Positions 40,585 to 50,678 of a stretch of DNA of 64,000 bases are shown here, in pieces. How positions within the stretch are numbered: the stretch's first letter is position 1; every line of letters begins with the position of its first letter. The translations under genes and the position numbers were made by a program. The notes beneath the pieces are model-generated. The model did not search any database. It saw only the letters and a program-made list of their open reading frames with translations, and was not told the DNA's origin. The DNA is taken from contig PLYN01000045.1 in assembly GCA_003151815.1 (NCBI GenBank), positions 126,511 through 190,510 on the forward strand. Reading direction: 5' to 3'. This DNA is from Bacteroidota bacterium (lineage in GTDB: Bacteria > Bacteroidota > Bacteroidia > 2-12-FULL-35-15).

Positions 40585-40657
40585 TTTAAAAAATATTTTT
40601 ATAAAAAAAATCCCCCCTACAATTCCTAGGGAGGATTTTAAATTTTTCTTGACTAAA

Positions 40658-41620
40658 CTAATTTGTTATTATAACAATAGGTTCTGCCTTAGGAACCACT
40701 TTGTGGAATTTAATACCGATCATTAATTCATGCGTTCCGGAACTGTATCTTCTAATGTTGCTGGTAGTAAAATCGTATGAATAAGCAAAAGAAATATTTT
40801 CCTGAAACTTATACCCAAACATTGCCGAAACAGCATCCAAATAACGGTACATTGTACCTATCCATATTTTATCATGATAAATTGCCCGTAAACCTAAATT
40901 AAATGTTATAGGAGTCGGATTTGCATATTGAATGCAAGCAGAAGGTTCTAATACAAAATCTGAGTTCAACTTATATTTATATCCAGTTGTAAAATAATAA
41001 TGTCTTGCCAATGTACTTAAAGATGACGTAGAAATGTTAACAAAATTTATTTTACTCTGAAACATTTGAGGAACACTTGCTCCAACATACCATTTGTGAT
41101 CTGTTGAATAGGCATAAATTCCTGCACCGAAATCGGGTGCAATAACAGATTGAAGACCATTGGTAATCACTATATCTGAAGGATCCCGCAAAGCGATTTG
41201 TGAGCCATCCACCGAAAATTGCACGACACCTCCTGATAAACCCAAAGAGACTTTAACTTTTTCGGCAACTCTGATTTGATAGGCATAAGAAAAAGACATA
41301 CCAATTCTCCTAGTTGGACCCACTATATCGGTATATATTGAACCTCCTAGTCCCATATTTAAAGATTTGGTTGGACCTTGCGCAGTTAATATATATGTTC
41401 GTGGTGCGTCAGTAAGTCCGACCCATTGATAACGATTATTTGATATCCCTTCGAAATAGGAAGTAGTTCCGGCAACAGCAGGATTCATCGCAAAATTATT
41501 AAGCATATAATTACTGTATTGAGGTAACTGTTGCGCGTTAACCTGAATAGCTATAAAAATTAACAATACGATGGAAAGAATGCTTTTCCGTGATAACATA
41601 TCAATATCAGTTTTTGTCAA
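40658..41620 (-). CDS. PorP/SprF-family type IX secretion system membrane protein
   Basis: Hallmark N-terminus after the signal peptide: AQQLPQYSNYMLNNFAMNPAVAG; about 320 aa. Sits immediately downstream of the type B sorting-domain adhesin. Confidence 0.8.
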   Translation of the reverse strand: MTKTDIDMLSRKSILSIVLLIFIAIQVNAQQLPQYSNYMLNNFAMNPAVAGTTSYFEGISNNRYQWVGLTDAPRTYILTAQGPTKSLNMGLGGSIYTDIVGPTRRIGMSFSYAYQIRVAEKVKVSLGLSGGVVQFSVDGSQIALRDPSDIVITNGLQSVIAPDFGAGIYAYSTDHKWYVGASVPQMFQSKINFVNISTSSLSTLARHYYFTTGYKYKLNSDFVLEPSACIQYANPTPITFNLGLRAIYHDKIWIGTMYRYLDAVSAMFGYKFQENISFAYSYDFTTSNIRRYSSGTHELMIGIKFHKVVPKAEPIVIITN

Positions 41621-41668
41621 TTCTAAATTGTATTAAAAAAATTCACTTAAATTATAATATAACACCCA

Positions 41669-44600
41669 TTATCTCATAATAGTAACCGGACCAGTATATG
41701 CATCAGGAAACGCAGGATCATTTAAAATAATTATATAATAATAGGTTCCAACAGGCAAAGGTTTACCTTTAAAATTACCATCCCATTTTTCTGTGTATCC
41801 CGGAGACCTGAATACTAACTCACCCCATCTATTATAAATTTCCACATTATTATTAGGGTAAGAATCCAAGAAATCAACTATCCATGTATCATTTACTCCA
41901 TCACTATTTGGTGTAAATCCTCCAGGAGGTGCGAATTGAGGAAGTATTTTTACTAATACCGAATCAGTTGCTTTACAACTACCTAAGGTAACAATTACTG
42001 TATAAACGGTTGTACTTGTTGGCTTCGTAACCGGATTGGCATAAGTGTTATCAATAAATCCTGCCGAAGGATTCCAAATATAATGTGAACCTGCAATACC
42101 TGTTGGGCTGCCACCAAGTGTAATGCTTGCACCGGAAATAATGCTAATGTCAGCTCCCGCATTTGCAGTAGCTTTAGGTTCTACCGAAATGTTGTAGCTG
42201 GAAACGGAACCAACACAGCCATTTAAGGTAGATGTAACAGTTATAAGTCCCGATAGGGTGGATGCTGTATTATTTGTACCGGTAAAACCGGGAACATTTC
42301 CTACTCCATTTGCAGCTAATCCAATTGCCGGATTGGAATTTGTCCAGGTATAAGTTGGAATATTAACAAAAGATGTTGTTACAACTGCATCACCATCGCA
42401 AACATCTGTATTGGCAGGAACTGTAAAGCTTGGAAACATTGTTATTATAACGATACTCGAATCTTTGATCAAAGTACCTGAACAATCATAAGTGTTGTAA
42501 ACCATATATGTTCCTTGAGCACTTGCTGTAAGATCAATTAATCCGGTGAAAGGATCTGAAAAAACCAAACCTGCCGATGACGTAAAAACTCCAGGGAAGG
42601 ATCCTGCAGGGAATGTAGGAGAAGCGTTGGGTGTTGAACTTTGACAATATGGTCCGGCATAGCTAAAGGATGCAGTTGGACTTGGTAAATTGGTAATATT
42701 AACAACAAAAGTACCGGTATTAGGACAAGTACCGCCAACATTAGTATAACTTATGGTATACGTACCAACGTTACTTATGCTTAAATTTATTTGACCTGTT
42801 GAAACAGATACAAAAACGATGCCTGCCGGAGAAGCACTAAATACCCCACCTGAAACACCTGTTATAGTCGGCGTTGGATTTAATATTGCTCCTTGACAAA
42901 AAGATGAGTATGAATAATTAAATGAGGCATCTTCTGCAGGATTAATTGTAACAGTATTAGTGGAAGGAGTAGCACCATTACAACCAAGCGTATTGGTTAT
43001 AGTATAGATTCCTACTGTGGATACTGAAAGATCAATTAATCCGGTAAATTTATTTGCAAATACCAAACCTGCTGGGGCAGAAAAAACTCCGGCACTCGCT
43101 CCAAGTGCTGGAATAAAAGTTGGACTTGGATCAGCAACATTCTTGCAATAAGGACCGGCATAACTAAAACCAGTGCCTGGAGGACTGGAGTTTGTTATAG
43201 TAACACCAAAAGTACTCGAAGTAGGACAAGCACCGTTAGTGGTATATGTTATAGCATAAGGTGAGCCTATATTTAAAGTACTTGCTAATAAATTTATTTG
43301 ACCTGTTACTGCATTAAAAACGATTCCTGATGTAGCAGAACTAAATGTTCCACCTGCTAATCCTGCAATTGTTGGACTTGGATCTATACCTGATTGGCAG
43401 AAAGTAGAGGATGAATAATTAAATGAGGCATCGTCCACAGCGTTAATGGTAACAGTATTAGTGAACGTGAAAACTCCGCCTGCCGCACATTTTGGAATAG
43501 TATTAGTTACAGTATAGGTTCCGGCCGCACTTGCTGTAAGATCAATTAAACCGGTGAATTTATTTGCAAACACCAAACCTCCCGTGGGTTCTGTAAAAAC
43601 ACCGGCACTCGATCCAACAACCGTGAAAGTCGGAGTTGGATTAGGAGTACTATTTTTGCAATATGCAGCAATTGGATAACTAAAATTAGGTACCGGAGGA
43701 TTAGAAACAGTAACACCAAAAATGGTTGAGTCGGGACAAGTACCATTCGTAACGTATTTTACTGAATATACTTTTAGAGCGCTTGCGCTCAAATTAATTT
43801 CACCTGTTGAAGTAGATACAAAAACAAGACCTACTGGAGACGAGCTAAACGTTCCACCTGCTTTGGCGATAAATGTTGGAGTAGGATTAATACCAGTTTT
43901 GCAAAAAGTAGAAGATAAATAATTAAATGTAGCATCGTCTATTGGGTTTATTGTTACTGAACTGAATTTCACAAAAGGTGCGCCTCCTATAGAACATGGT
44001 GGAATAGTATTGGTAACAGTATAGGTTCCAGGAGAACTTGCGGTTAAATCAATTTCACCGGTAAATTTATTAGCAAAAACTAAACCCGGGGTAGTCGTAA
44101 AAACGCCGGCACTTGATCCCCCAACAAAACCTGGAAATGGATTGGCGCTGTTTTGACAAAACGGATCCGAATAAATGAAATTCGCCTTGGGTGAATTTGT
44201 AATAGTAAGCCCAAAAGTGCTTGAATCCGGACAAGTACCGCTAGTAACATATTTCACAGTATAAACTGTGGCAGTACTTGCACTCAAATTAATTTCACCT
44301 GTCGAAGTAGATATAAAAACAAGACCTGCCGGGGTAGCGCTAAATATTCCGCCTGCTGTGGCTATGAATGTTGGAATTGTTGGATTAGGATCTGTTTTAC
44401 AAAAAGTAGAAGATGAATAATTAAATGAAGGATCGTCAAAAGGGTCTACGGTAACAGTTGCTGTAATTGCTGTCCCCGCACATCCATTCGCAGAAGGAGT
44501 AATGGTGTAAACTGCATTGCCTGATGTTAGCCCTGTTAATGTTAAGACTTGATCAATAAAACTTGAATTAATGGTATCAAAAGCCCCACTTACACCATTT

Positions 44601-47600
44601 TGAACAACAGTCCAATTAAAAGTAGTACCTAAAACAGGACTTGATAATATTATATTGGGAGCAGTACCGGTACAAATAGTTTGACCGGCAGGCGTTGCTG
44701 TTGAAACCGGATTTACAGTAACAGTACTGGTAACGTCTGTTCCAAGACATCCGTTCATTTTTGGAGTAATGGTATACACCGCTGTTCCGGCAACAGTAAG
44801 TGTCGATGTTAAAATTTGAGCAATGGGTCCGATGGTATCAATAACCGCCGAAGCACCGGAAACACCTGTAGGAACTACCGTCCAGTCAAATAACGTACCT
44901 GCCACATTACTTGTCAATACAACATTTGCAGCTATGCCCGAACAAATCGTTGACGTTATATTTGATACTATAACATCAGGTAACGGATTTACAGTGATGG
45001 TTACATCAACCGGTAAACCGGAACATCCGCTTGCTGATGGCGTAACAGTATAAACTGCTGAACCTGCTGAGGTAGTTGTTGCCGTTAGAATTTGACTGAT
45101 ATCGCCATTATTGGGAATATTTACAGAATCTCTGGCACCCACCACATTTGTTTGAACTATGGTCCAGTCGAAGGTGGTGCCCGGAATCGTACTTGTCAAT
45201 AAAACATTAGGTGAAGTACCCGAACATATTGTTGGAGAAGCGGGTGTTGTTACAGAAAGCGGATTTACTGAAACAACAACTAAAAAAGATGGTCCAACAC
45301 ATCCATTTAATGAAGGGGTAATCGAATAAGTTGCTGTTCCGGCAGCAATTCCTGTTGTTGTTAATGTTTGAGTAATATTTGAGCCGGCACTTGATATAGC
45401 ACCACTTACACCAACTTGATCTACGGTCCATGTAAAAGAAGAACCTGCCAGGGAAGTTAAAGCAATACTTGTAGTTCCACCCGAGCATATAGTTGATGCC
45501 GCAGGCGTTGCGATTATGTCCGGTATTGGTGTTACTGTAATTGTATCTAAAAAAGGCGCCCCATCGCATAAATTTGTTGTAGGAATAATAGTGTATGTAG
45601 CGGTACCATTAACAGGTCCTGTTGCCGTTAATGTTTCAATGATAGGGTTTGTTGTGCCGGATGAGGGACCTGTATTTGATGCGCCAACTTGGGAAACTGT
45701 CCATGCATAAGTTGTACCTGCTCCTAAATCATTATTCAATGTTATATTGGTATTTGTACCCGAACATATAGTTGACAATGCATTTGTTGCAGTTGCATTT
45801 GGTAATGGTTTTACTGTAACGATAACAGTAATTGGTATCCCCGGACAACCGTTTATTGTTGGCGTAACCGAATACGTTGCAGTTCCGGCAACAATACCTT
45901 TTGCCGTTAAAGTTTGCGTGATGGCTGTTAAGCTACTACCCGGTAAGGCACCGCCAACCCCGGTTGAATCTATTACTGTCCAATTAAATACAGTACCAAC
46001 AACATGAGTAGAAAAAATTACATTGCTTACCTCTCCGGAACAAATAGTTGAAGGTAGTGCACTTGCATCCGGAGTGGGATTTACTGTAATGGTAACGGTA
46101 AATGGTGCTCCCGGACAACCACTTGCGGTTGGTGTAACAGTATATACTGCTGTTTGTTGGGTAGTAGTTGCATTTGATAATTGCTGTTGTATAGTATCAT
46201 TATTGTTTGGAAAAGCGCCAAGCGCCAATCCTGATGCATCTACCGTCCATGCAAATGTAGTTCCTGCAACAGCACTTTGTAAAGGTACCAATGTAGTACT
46301 ATCTGAACAAATTGTTTGTGTGGTAATTGTTGAGGTGATAACCGGAGTAGGGTTTATGGTAATGGTAACGGTAATTGGACTTCCCGGACACCCATTTGCT
46401 AATGGTGTAATGGTATAAATAGCGAAACCGGCGGTAATATCTGTATTTGTTAATGTTTGCTGAATGCTATCGTTACTTCCTAATAAAGCACCTGTTACCA
46501 ATGGAGAAACAGCTACTGTCCAGCTATAGGTTGTTCCGGCCACACCACCTGTTAGCACTATCAATGTAGTGCTGTCCGAACAAATTGTTTGGGCAGCCGG
46601 AATCGCCGTAACACTTGGGGTAGGATTAACAGTTAATGTAATATTATAAGGAATTCCGAGACATCCGTTGGCGGTGGGAGTAATTGTGTAAATGGCTGTA
46701 AGCGGTGCAGGAGTTGGATTATGCAATGTTCTTATTATGGTATCTTTATTTCCAGGTGAAAAATCACCTGTTAAACTAGGATCCGGAACCACTGTCCAAT
46801 TATAGGTTGTTCCGGCAACATGGCTTGTTAATACTATCGATGTGGTACTGTCGGAACAAATCGTAGCTGTATTCAGTGTTGTGACATCTGGTGTTGGCTC
46901 TACTCTAACCGTATCTGTATAGATTGGACCAGTACAGCCATCTGAAGTTCCGGTAATTGAATAAACAGCAGAATCCGCTACAAAAGCGTTGTTAATTAAA
47001 GTTTGTTTTATACTGTCGTTATTGCCAACAAGAGGAAAAGGAGAATTCGAAGCCCCCAATAAGCCTGAAGGATTAACTGTCCAGGCAAATGTTGTATTTG
47101 CTATTAAGCTACTTGACAATTCGATAAAAGAAGTGCTGTCCGAACAAATGGTGTCAGAAGTGTGAGGCGTTGAAATTACATCGGGAAGTGGTTTTACAAT
47201 GGTCCAATATTCAGCTGAGCCTTTACAAGCATTCGCAGAATTTGAAATGGTTATAAGATAAACTACAGTATCAGATGCTATACTTGTAGTTGTTAAAGTT
47301 TGAGTGGGTATTGTGGTTGTAGGTCCATTGTCGAATGTTGGATTCCGACCACTTAAAAATCCACCTGATAATGGATATACTACAAATGTACTCCATTTAA
47401 AAGTCGTAGTGGCAGGTGGCGCATCTGACGTTAAATTAACCAAAGTGGTGCTTGAACCGGAACAGACTTTTTGCTCCGAAGAGCCTGTTAAATGCGGAGC
47501 AGGATTAATATAAACCTTATACTCCGTAATAGGACCGGGACAACCGTTAACAGTGATGCTATAGGTAACCACTTTTTGGACATTGCTCGAATTTGAAATA

Positions 47601-48718
47601 TTTTGTATTGGTATAGAATCCATCTCCGCTCCCGGAGGATGTGGATTGTTAATAGAACCTATTGTATCATACCCGCTTAGGAAAGGCAAATGTGGCGTTG
47701 CCGCCCAGTCATAATAGGTTCCTATCATGTCCGACGTAAGTTTTACCAAAGTGGTACTATGACCGGAACATATTGTTTGGCTCATCGGACTGTTTGTTAT
47801 TATAGGTGTTTGAGTCACGTCCACCTCAAAATCCACCTGATTGCCGGCACAACCATTAGCAGTAGGAATAATGCTATAAATAACAGAGCCTCCACCCAAT
47901 CCATTACCATGAGCTGCATCGGAATATAACATTTGTACAATGCTAACATTATCAAACCCTAATCCCGGAAGCGCTCCGGATGTATTTGCCTGAGCAGTGT
48001 CCCATGTAAATTTTGTACCTGAAAATGTAGATGTTAAATCAATGGCACTAGGATTTCCGGAACATATTGTTTGAGAGTTGGTTCCACCACTGTTTGTGTT
48101 AACTGTTGGTTTCGGATTCACTAAAATAGTCGCTGTAATAGGGCTGCCTGTACAAGCACCATCCTTCGGGGTAATGGTATAAGTTACAGATCCAACGGAG
48201 TTGCTTGGAAAGCAATTCAAAGTCTGGATAATATCCCCGGGAGCAGCAATGCTACCTGAATTGGCACCATTTAGTTTTATTGCAGCTGTTACCCATGTAA
48301 AAGAAGTGGTGCTTCCTAAATTACTTGATAACGTAATTACAGCATTAGAAGGCAATCCGGAACAAATGGTTTGAGCCGATGGCGTTGCTGTTGCTACGGG
48401 ACCAACTGTAACTGTTGCAGTGGCAACTGTGAATGGAGCATTGGTGTCAGTTACTGTATAGGTAGTAGTAACGCTGGGACTAGCAACCGTAATAGGATTT
48501 ACAGTTTCACCTGTTGACCAAGTATAACTGCCGGAACCGCCACTTGCTGTGAGAATAGGATTAGCATCTCCTTTACAAATAGTTACGGAATTAACTGTAA
48601 CCTGAGCATGAACTTGTTGTGAAGCTATAGAAAAAAACAATAAAAATATTAGCTGTAGTAAACCTTTCCAGCCGAATGTTTGAGATTTTAAAATTTTTAT
48701 TGTAAGACTTTTTTTCAA
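41669..48718 (-). CDS. Giant SprB-like cell-surface adhesin (about 25 Ig/PKD-like tandem modules) with a T9SS type B (CHU_C) C-terminal sorting domain
   Basis: Signal peptide. Repeated modules of about 75-90 aa with TICSG...YTxTP..GC motifs; a central set of about 160-aa repeats (CPDSSTFG...GVFT...LVFANKFTGxIDLTAS). C-terminus FTPNSDGVNDTWIVDFL...YNRWGELVFRS...WDGNFKGKPLPVGTYYYII matches type B. Confidence 0.75.
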   Translation of the reverse strand: MKKSLTIKILKSQTFGWKGLLQLIFLLFFSIASQQVHAQVTVNSVTICKGDANPILTASGGSGSYTWSTGETVNPITVASPSVTTTYTVTDTNAPFTVATATVTVGPVATATPSAQTICSGLPSNAVITLSSNLGSTTSFTWVTAAIKLNGANSGSIAAPGDIIQTLNCFPSNSVGSVTYTITPKDGACTGSPITATILVNPKPTVNTNSGGTNSQTICSGNPSAIDLTSTFSGTKFTWDTAQANTSGALPGLGFDNVSIVQMLYSDAAHGNGLGGGSVIYSIIPTANGCAGNQVDFEVDVTQTPIITNSPMSQTICSGHSTTLVKLTSDMIGTYYDWAATPHLPFLSGYDTIGSINNPHPPGAEMDSIPIQNISNSSNVQKVVTYSITVNGCPGPITEYKVYINPAPHLTGSSEQKVCSGSSTTLVNLTSDAPPATTTFKWSTFVVYPLSGGFLSGRNPTFDNGPTTTIPTQTLTTTSIASDTVVYLITISNSANACKGSAEYWTIVKPLPDVISTPHTSDTICSDSTSFIELSSSLIANTTFAWTVNPSGLLGASNSPFPLVGNNDSIKQTLINNAFVADSAVYSITGTSDGCTGPIYTDTVRVEPTPDVTTLNTATICSDSTTSIVLTSHVAGTTYNWTVVPDPSLTGDFSPGNKDTIIRTLHNPTPAPLTAIYTITPTANGCLGIPYNITLTVNPTPSVTAIPAAQTICSDSTTLIVLTGGVAGTTYSWTVAVSPLVTGALLGSNDSIQQTLTNTDITAGFAIYTITPLANGCPGSPITVTITINPTPVITSTITTQTICSDSTTLVPLQSAVAGTTFAWTVDASGLALGAFPNNNDTIQQQLSNATTTQQTAVYTVTPTASGCPGAPFTVTITVNPTPDASALPSTICSGEVSNVIFSTHVVGTVFNWTVIDSTGVGGALPGSSLTAITQTLTAKGIVAGTATYSVTPTINGCPGIPITVIVTVKPLPNATATNALSTICSGTNTNITLNNDLGAGTTYAWTVSQVGASNTGPSSGTTNPIIETLTATGPVNGTATYTIIPTTNLCDGAPFLDTITVTPIPDIIATPAASTICSGGTTSIALTSLAGSSFTWTVDQVGVSGAISSAGSNITQTLTTTGIAAGTATYSITPSLNGCVGPSFLVVVSVNPLSVTTPASPTICSGTSPNVLLTSTIPGTTFDWTIVQTNVVGARDSVNIPNNGDISQILTATTTSAGSAVYTVTPSASGCSGLPVDVTITVNPLPDVIVSNITSTICSGIAANVVLTSNVAGTLFDWTVVPTGVSGASAVIDTIGPIAQILTSTLTVAGTAVYTITPKMNGCLGTDVTSTVTVNPVSTATPAGQTICTGTAPNIILSSPVLGTTFNWTVVQNGVSGAFDTINSSFIDQVLTLTGLTSGNAVYTITPSANGCAGTAITATVTVDPFDDPSFNYSSSTFCKTDPNPTIPTFIATAGGIFSATPAGLVFISTSTGEINLSASTATVYTVKYVTSGTCPDSSTFGLTITNSPKANFIYSDPFCQNSANPFPGFVGGSSAGVFTTTPGLVFANKFTGEIDLTASSPGTYTVTNTIPPCSIGGAPFVKFSSVTINPIDDATFNYLSSTFCKTGINPTPTFIAKAGGTFSSSPVGLVFVSTSTGEINLSASALKVYSVKYVTNGTCPDSTIFGVTVSNPPVPNFSYPIAAYCKNSTPNPTPTFTVVGSSAGVFTEPTGGLVFANKFTGLIDLTASAAGTYTVTNTIPKCAAGGVFTFTNTVTINAVDDASFNYSSSTFCQSGIDPSPTIAGLAGGTFSSATSGIVFNAVTGQINLLASTLNIGSPYAITYTTNGACPTSSTFGVTITNSSPPGTGFSYAGPYCKNVADPSPTFIPALGASAGVFSAPAGLVFANKFTGLIDLSVSTVGIYTITNTLGCNGATPSTNTVTINPAEDASFNYSYSSFCQGAILNPTPTITGVSGGVFSASPAGIVFVSVSTGQINLSISNVGTYTISYTNVGGTCPNTGTFVVNITNLPSPTASFSYAGPYCQSSTPNASPTFPAGSFPGVFTSSAGLVFSDPFTGLIDLTASAQGTYMVYNTYDCSGTLIKDSSIVIITMFPSFTVPANTDVCDGDAVVTTSFVNIPTYTWTNSNPAIGLAANGVGNVPGFTGTNNTASTLSGLITVTSTLNGCVGSVSSYNISVEPKATANAGADISIISGASITLGGSPTGIAGSHYIWNPSAGFIDNTYANPVTKPTSTTVYTVIVTLGSCKATDSVLVKILPQFAPPGGFTPNSDGVNDTWIVDFLDSYPNNNVEIYNRWGELVFRSPGYTEKWDGNFKGKPLPVGTYYYIIILNDPAFPDAYTGPVTIMR

Positions 48719-49099
48719 TTATCCGGTTTTTAGTTTATCCGTATCTCAATTAAATGTTCATAGTGCTTGAGATAAAATTACTGCTCAAAGATATTATTTT
48801 ATTTTTTAAACAACCAAGAATTTTAAAATAGAACATTTTTTTATAAACGATGATACGTTCATAATATCCTTTATTAAAATGAAAACATGGGAATTCCCTT
48901 CACCTGATTATGCATAACAATACGTTTTGCTTATACATTTTATTTTCAAAAAATGTTTCAAAAATCATTCGATTTTACAATAAAAATAACTCTTTCGTTA
49001 AATATTGTTTATTCAATTTTTCTTTTTTATGATTACAATCATTTCTTTTTAATCGTCTGAATTTATAATAATAAGCCATTATAATTTTAGATTTGCCGA

Positions 49100-50545
49100 A
49101 TGAAAAAACTAAAAACAAAAATGTTGGTGCTTGCTTTTTCAGCATTCTTTGCACCATTATCAAAGGGGCAACAAACAAGAAAGGTAGATGATTTTAATGG
49201 AATTAAGATAACTGATTCGTTTACAATCATTATTTCGCAAAGCGATGTAAATACTGTTACAATTAATGCTGACACAACTTTACTACCAAAAATAAAAACT
49301 GAAATCACTGAAGGTATTTTAAACATAAGAACTGAAGACAACATCAAAAATGAACACCCCATCATAATCAACATTGCAATAAAATCATTGAATAGTTTGA
49401 ATGTTTCAGGCTCAACAGATATAAAAACCGCCAATCAATTAAATTGCAGTAAACTATTTATAGAATCCGGTAGTGCCGGTAATGTGAGTTTGGATGTGAA
49501 AGCAGATGAAATAAAAACACAAATTAACGGTATAGGTGATGTTGCTTTAACCGGCAGTGCAGAAATACTGGATGCAAATGTATCGGGTGCGGGTGATTTA
49601 AGAGCTTCTAACCTGGAAGTTGATAAAGCAAAAGTGAACGTATCGGGAACGGGAAATGCAAAGATAAATGTTAAACAAACTTTAGATGCTGATATAACAG
49701 GGACCGGCTCAATAATTTACAAAGGTAAACCTGTTGTGCGGAACATAACCATTACCGGAACCGGCTCTGTTCGTGAAAGCAAAAGCGGAAACGGCGAAGA
49801 AACTACCAATGATACCACTAAATTAAAATTTGGCAAAAAAAAATACAGTATCATTCACGATGGAAATGATTTAATCAATCGAAATAAAAAATTGTTTTTC
49901 AAGGAATATAACAGAACGTTTAAAAACTGGACGGGAATTGAATTCGGCATCAATGGCTTGCTCGATAATAAAAACAGTTTGGATGTTCCTCCATCAGCTG
50001 AGTTTTTAAAATTGAATTATTCAAGATCTTTTCAATTCGGAATCAATCTTTTGGAAAAAGATTTTCACATCTTCCAAAATTATTTAAACATTGTAACGGG
50101 CTTTGGTTTCGATTTTAATCATTATGCACTTCAAAAAGATGTTACATTATCAACCAACACCGATTTTTTATCCGCACAAGTGGATAGCTCTTTTTATTAT
50201 AAAAAAAATAAATTAAATGTAAGTTATATCAAAGCACCCTTATTATTGGAATTGAACACAAGCAAAAATTCAAAAAACAACTTGCATATTGCTATAGGCT
50301 TTGAATTTGCCTGGAGAATACATGCAGTCCAAAAACAGAAAAAGGAATTGGGCGATAAATTATATAAAATAAAAATACGGGACGATTTTAATCTACAACC
50401 TTTCCGTTATAGTGCTGTTGCACGTTTGGGCTTCAAGAACATTACACTATTTGCAAATTATGGAATCAACCGGTTATTCCTAAAAAATCAAGGACCTCAG
50501 GTATATCCATTTACTATTGGTTTAGCGATTAATTTTAATAAATAA
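49100..50545 (+). CDS. DUF2807 (GIN, autotransporter-adhesin-head-like) domain protein fused to a C-terminal beta-barrel-like domain
   Basis: Signal peptide. Repetitive beta-helix-like segments (NVSGSTDIK...NVSGAGDL...NVSGTGNAKINV) and a Tyr/Phe-rich C-terminal half. Confidence 0.55.
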   Translation: MKKLKTKMLVLAFSAFFAPLSKGQQTRKVDDFNGIKITDSFTIIISQSDVNTVTINADTTLLPKIKTEITEGILNIRTEDNIKNEHPIIINIAIKSLNSLNVSGSTDIKTANQLNCSKLFIESGSAGNVSLDVKADEIKTQINGIGDVALTGSAEILDANVSGAGDLRASNLEVDKAKVNVSGTGNAKINVKQTLDADITGTGSIIYKGKPVVRNITITGTGSVRESKSGNGEETTNDTTKLKFGKKKYSIIHDGNDLINRNKKLFFKEYNRTFKNWTGIEFGINGLLDNKNSLDVPPSAEFLKLNYSRSFQFGINLLEKDFHIFQNYLNIVTGFGFDFNHYALQKDVTLSTNTDFLSAQVDSSFYYKKNKLNVSYIKAPLLLELNTSKNSKNNLHIAIGFEFAWRIHAVQKQKKELGDKLYKIKIRDDFNLQPFRYSAVARLGFKNITLFANYGINRLFLKNQGPQVYPFTIGLAINFNK

Positions 50546-50588
50546 ATAATAAGTTTAAAGAAGTTGTCATCTAAGAAAGATGCTCCAT

Positions 50589-50626
50589 AAAAAAAGCATC
50601 CCGCAGTATTTGCAGGATGCTTTTTA
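50589..50626. terminator. Bidirectional rho-independent terminator between convergent genes
   Basis: aaaaaagcatcccgcag-tattt-gcaggatgcttttt (about 10-bp stem with 1 mismatch; A-run upstream, T-run downstream). Confidence 0.65.
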
Positions 50627-50652
50627 AACTTTAAACTTTCAAACTTTGAACT
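50626..50652. repeat. AAAGTT-family repeat (AACTTT orientation)
   Basis: aaactttaaactttcaaactttgaact. Confidence 0.5.
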
Positions 50653-50678
50653 ATCTTCCCTTTTTAAACTGCCTTGCC

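Noticed and set aside
42538-47929. Multiple 60-130-aa ORFs on both strands inside the SprB-like adhesin gene
   Set aside because: They are embedded in a 2349-codon ORF with coherent repeat architecture and a C-terminal sorting domain; their composition reflects repeat codon bias.
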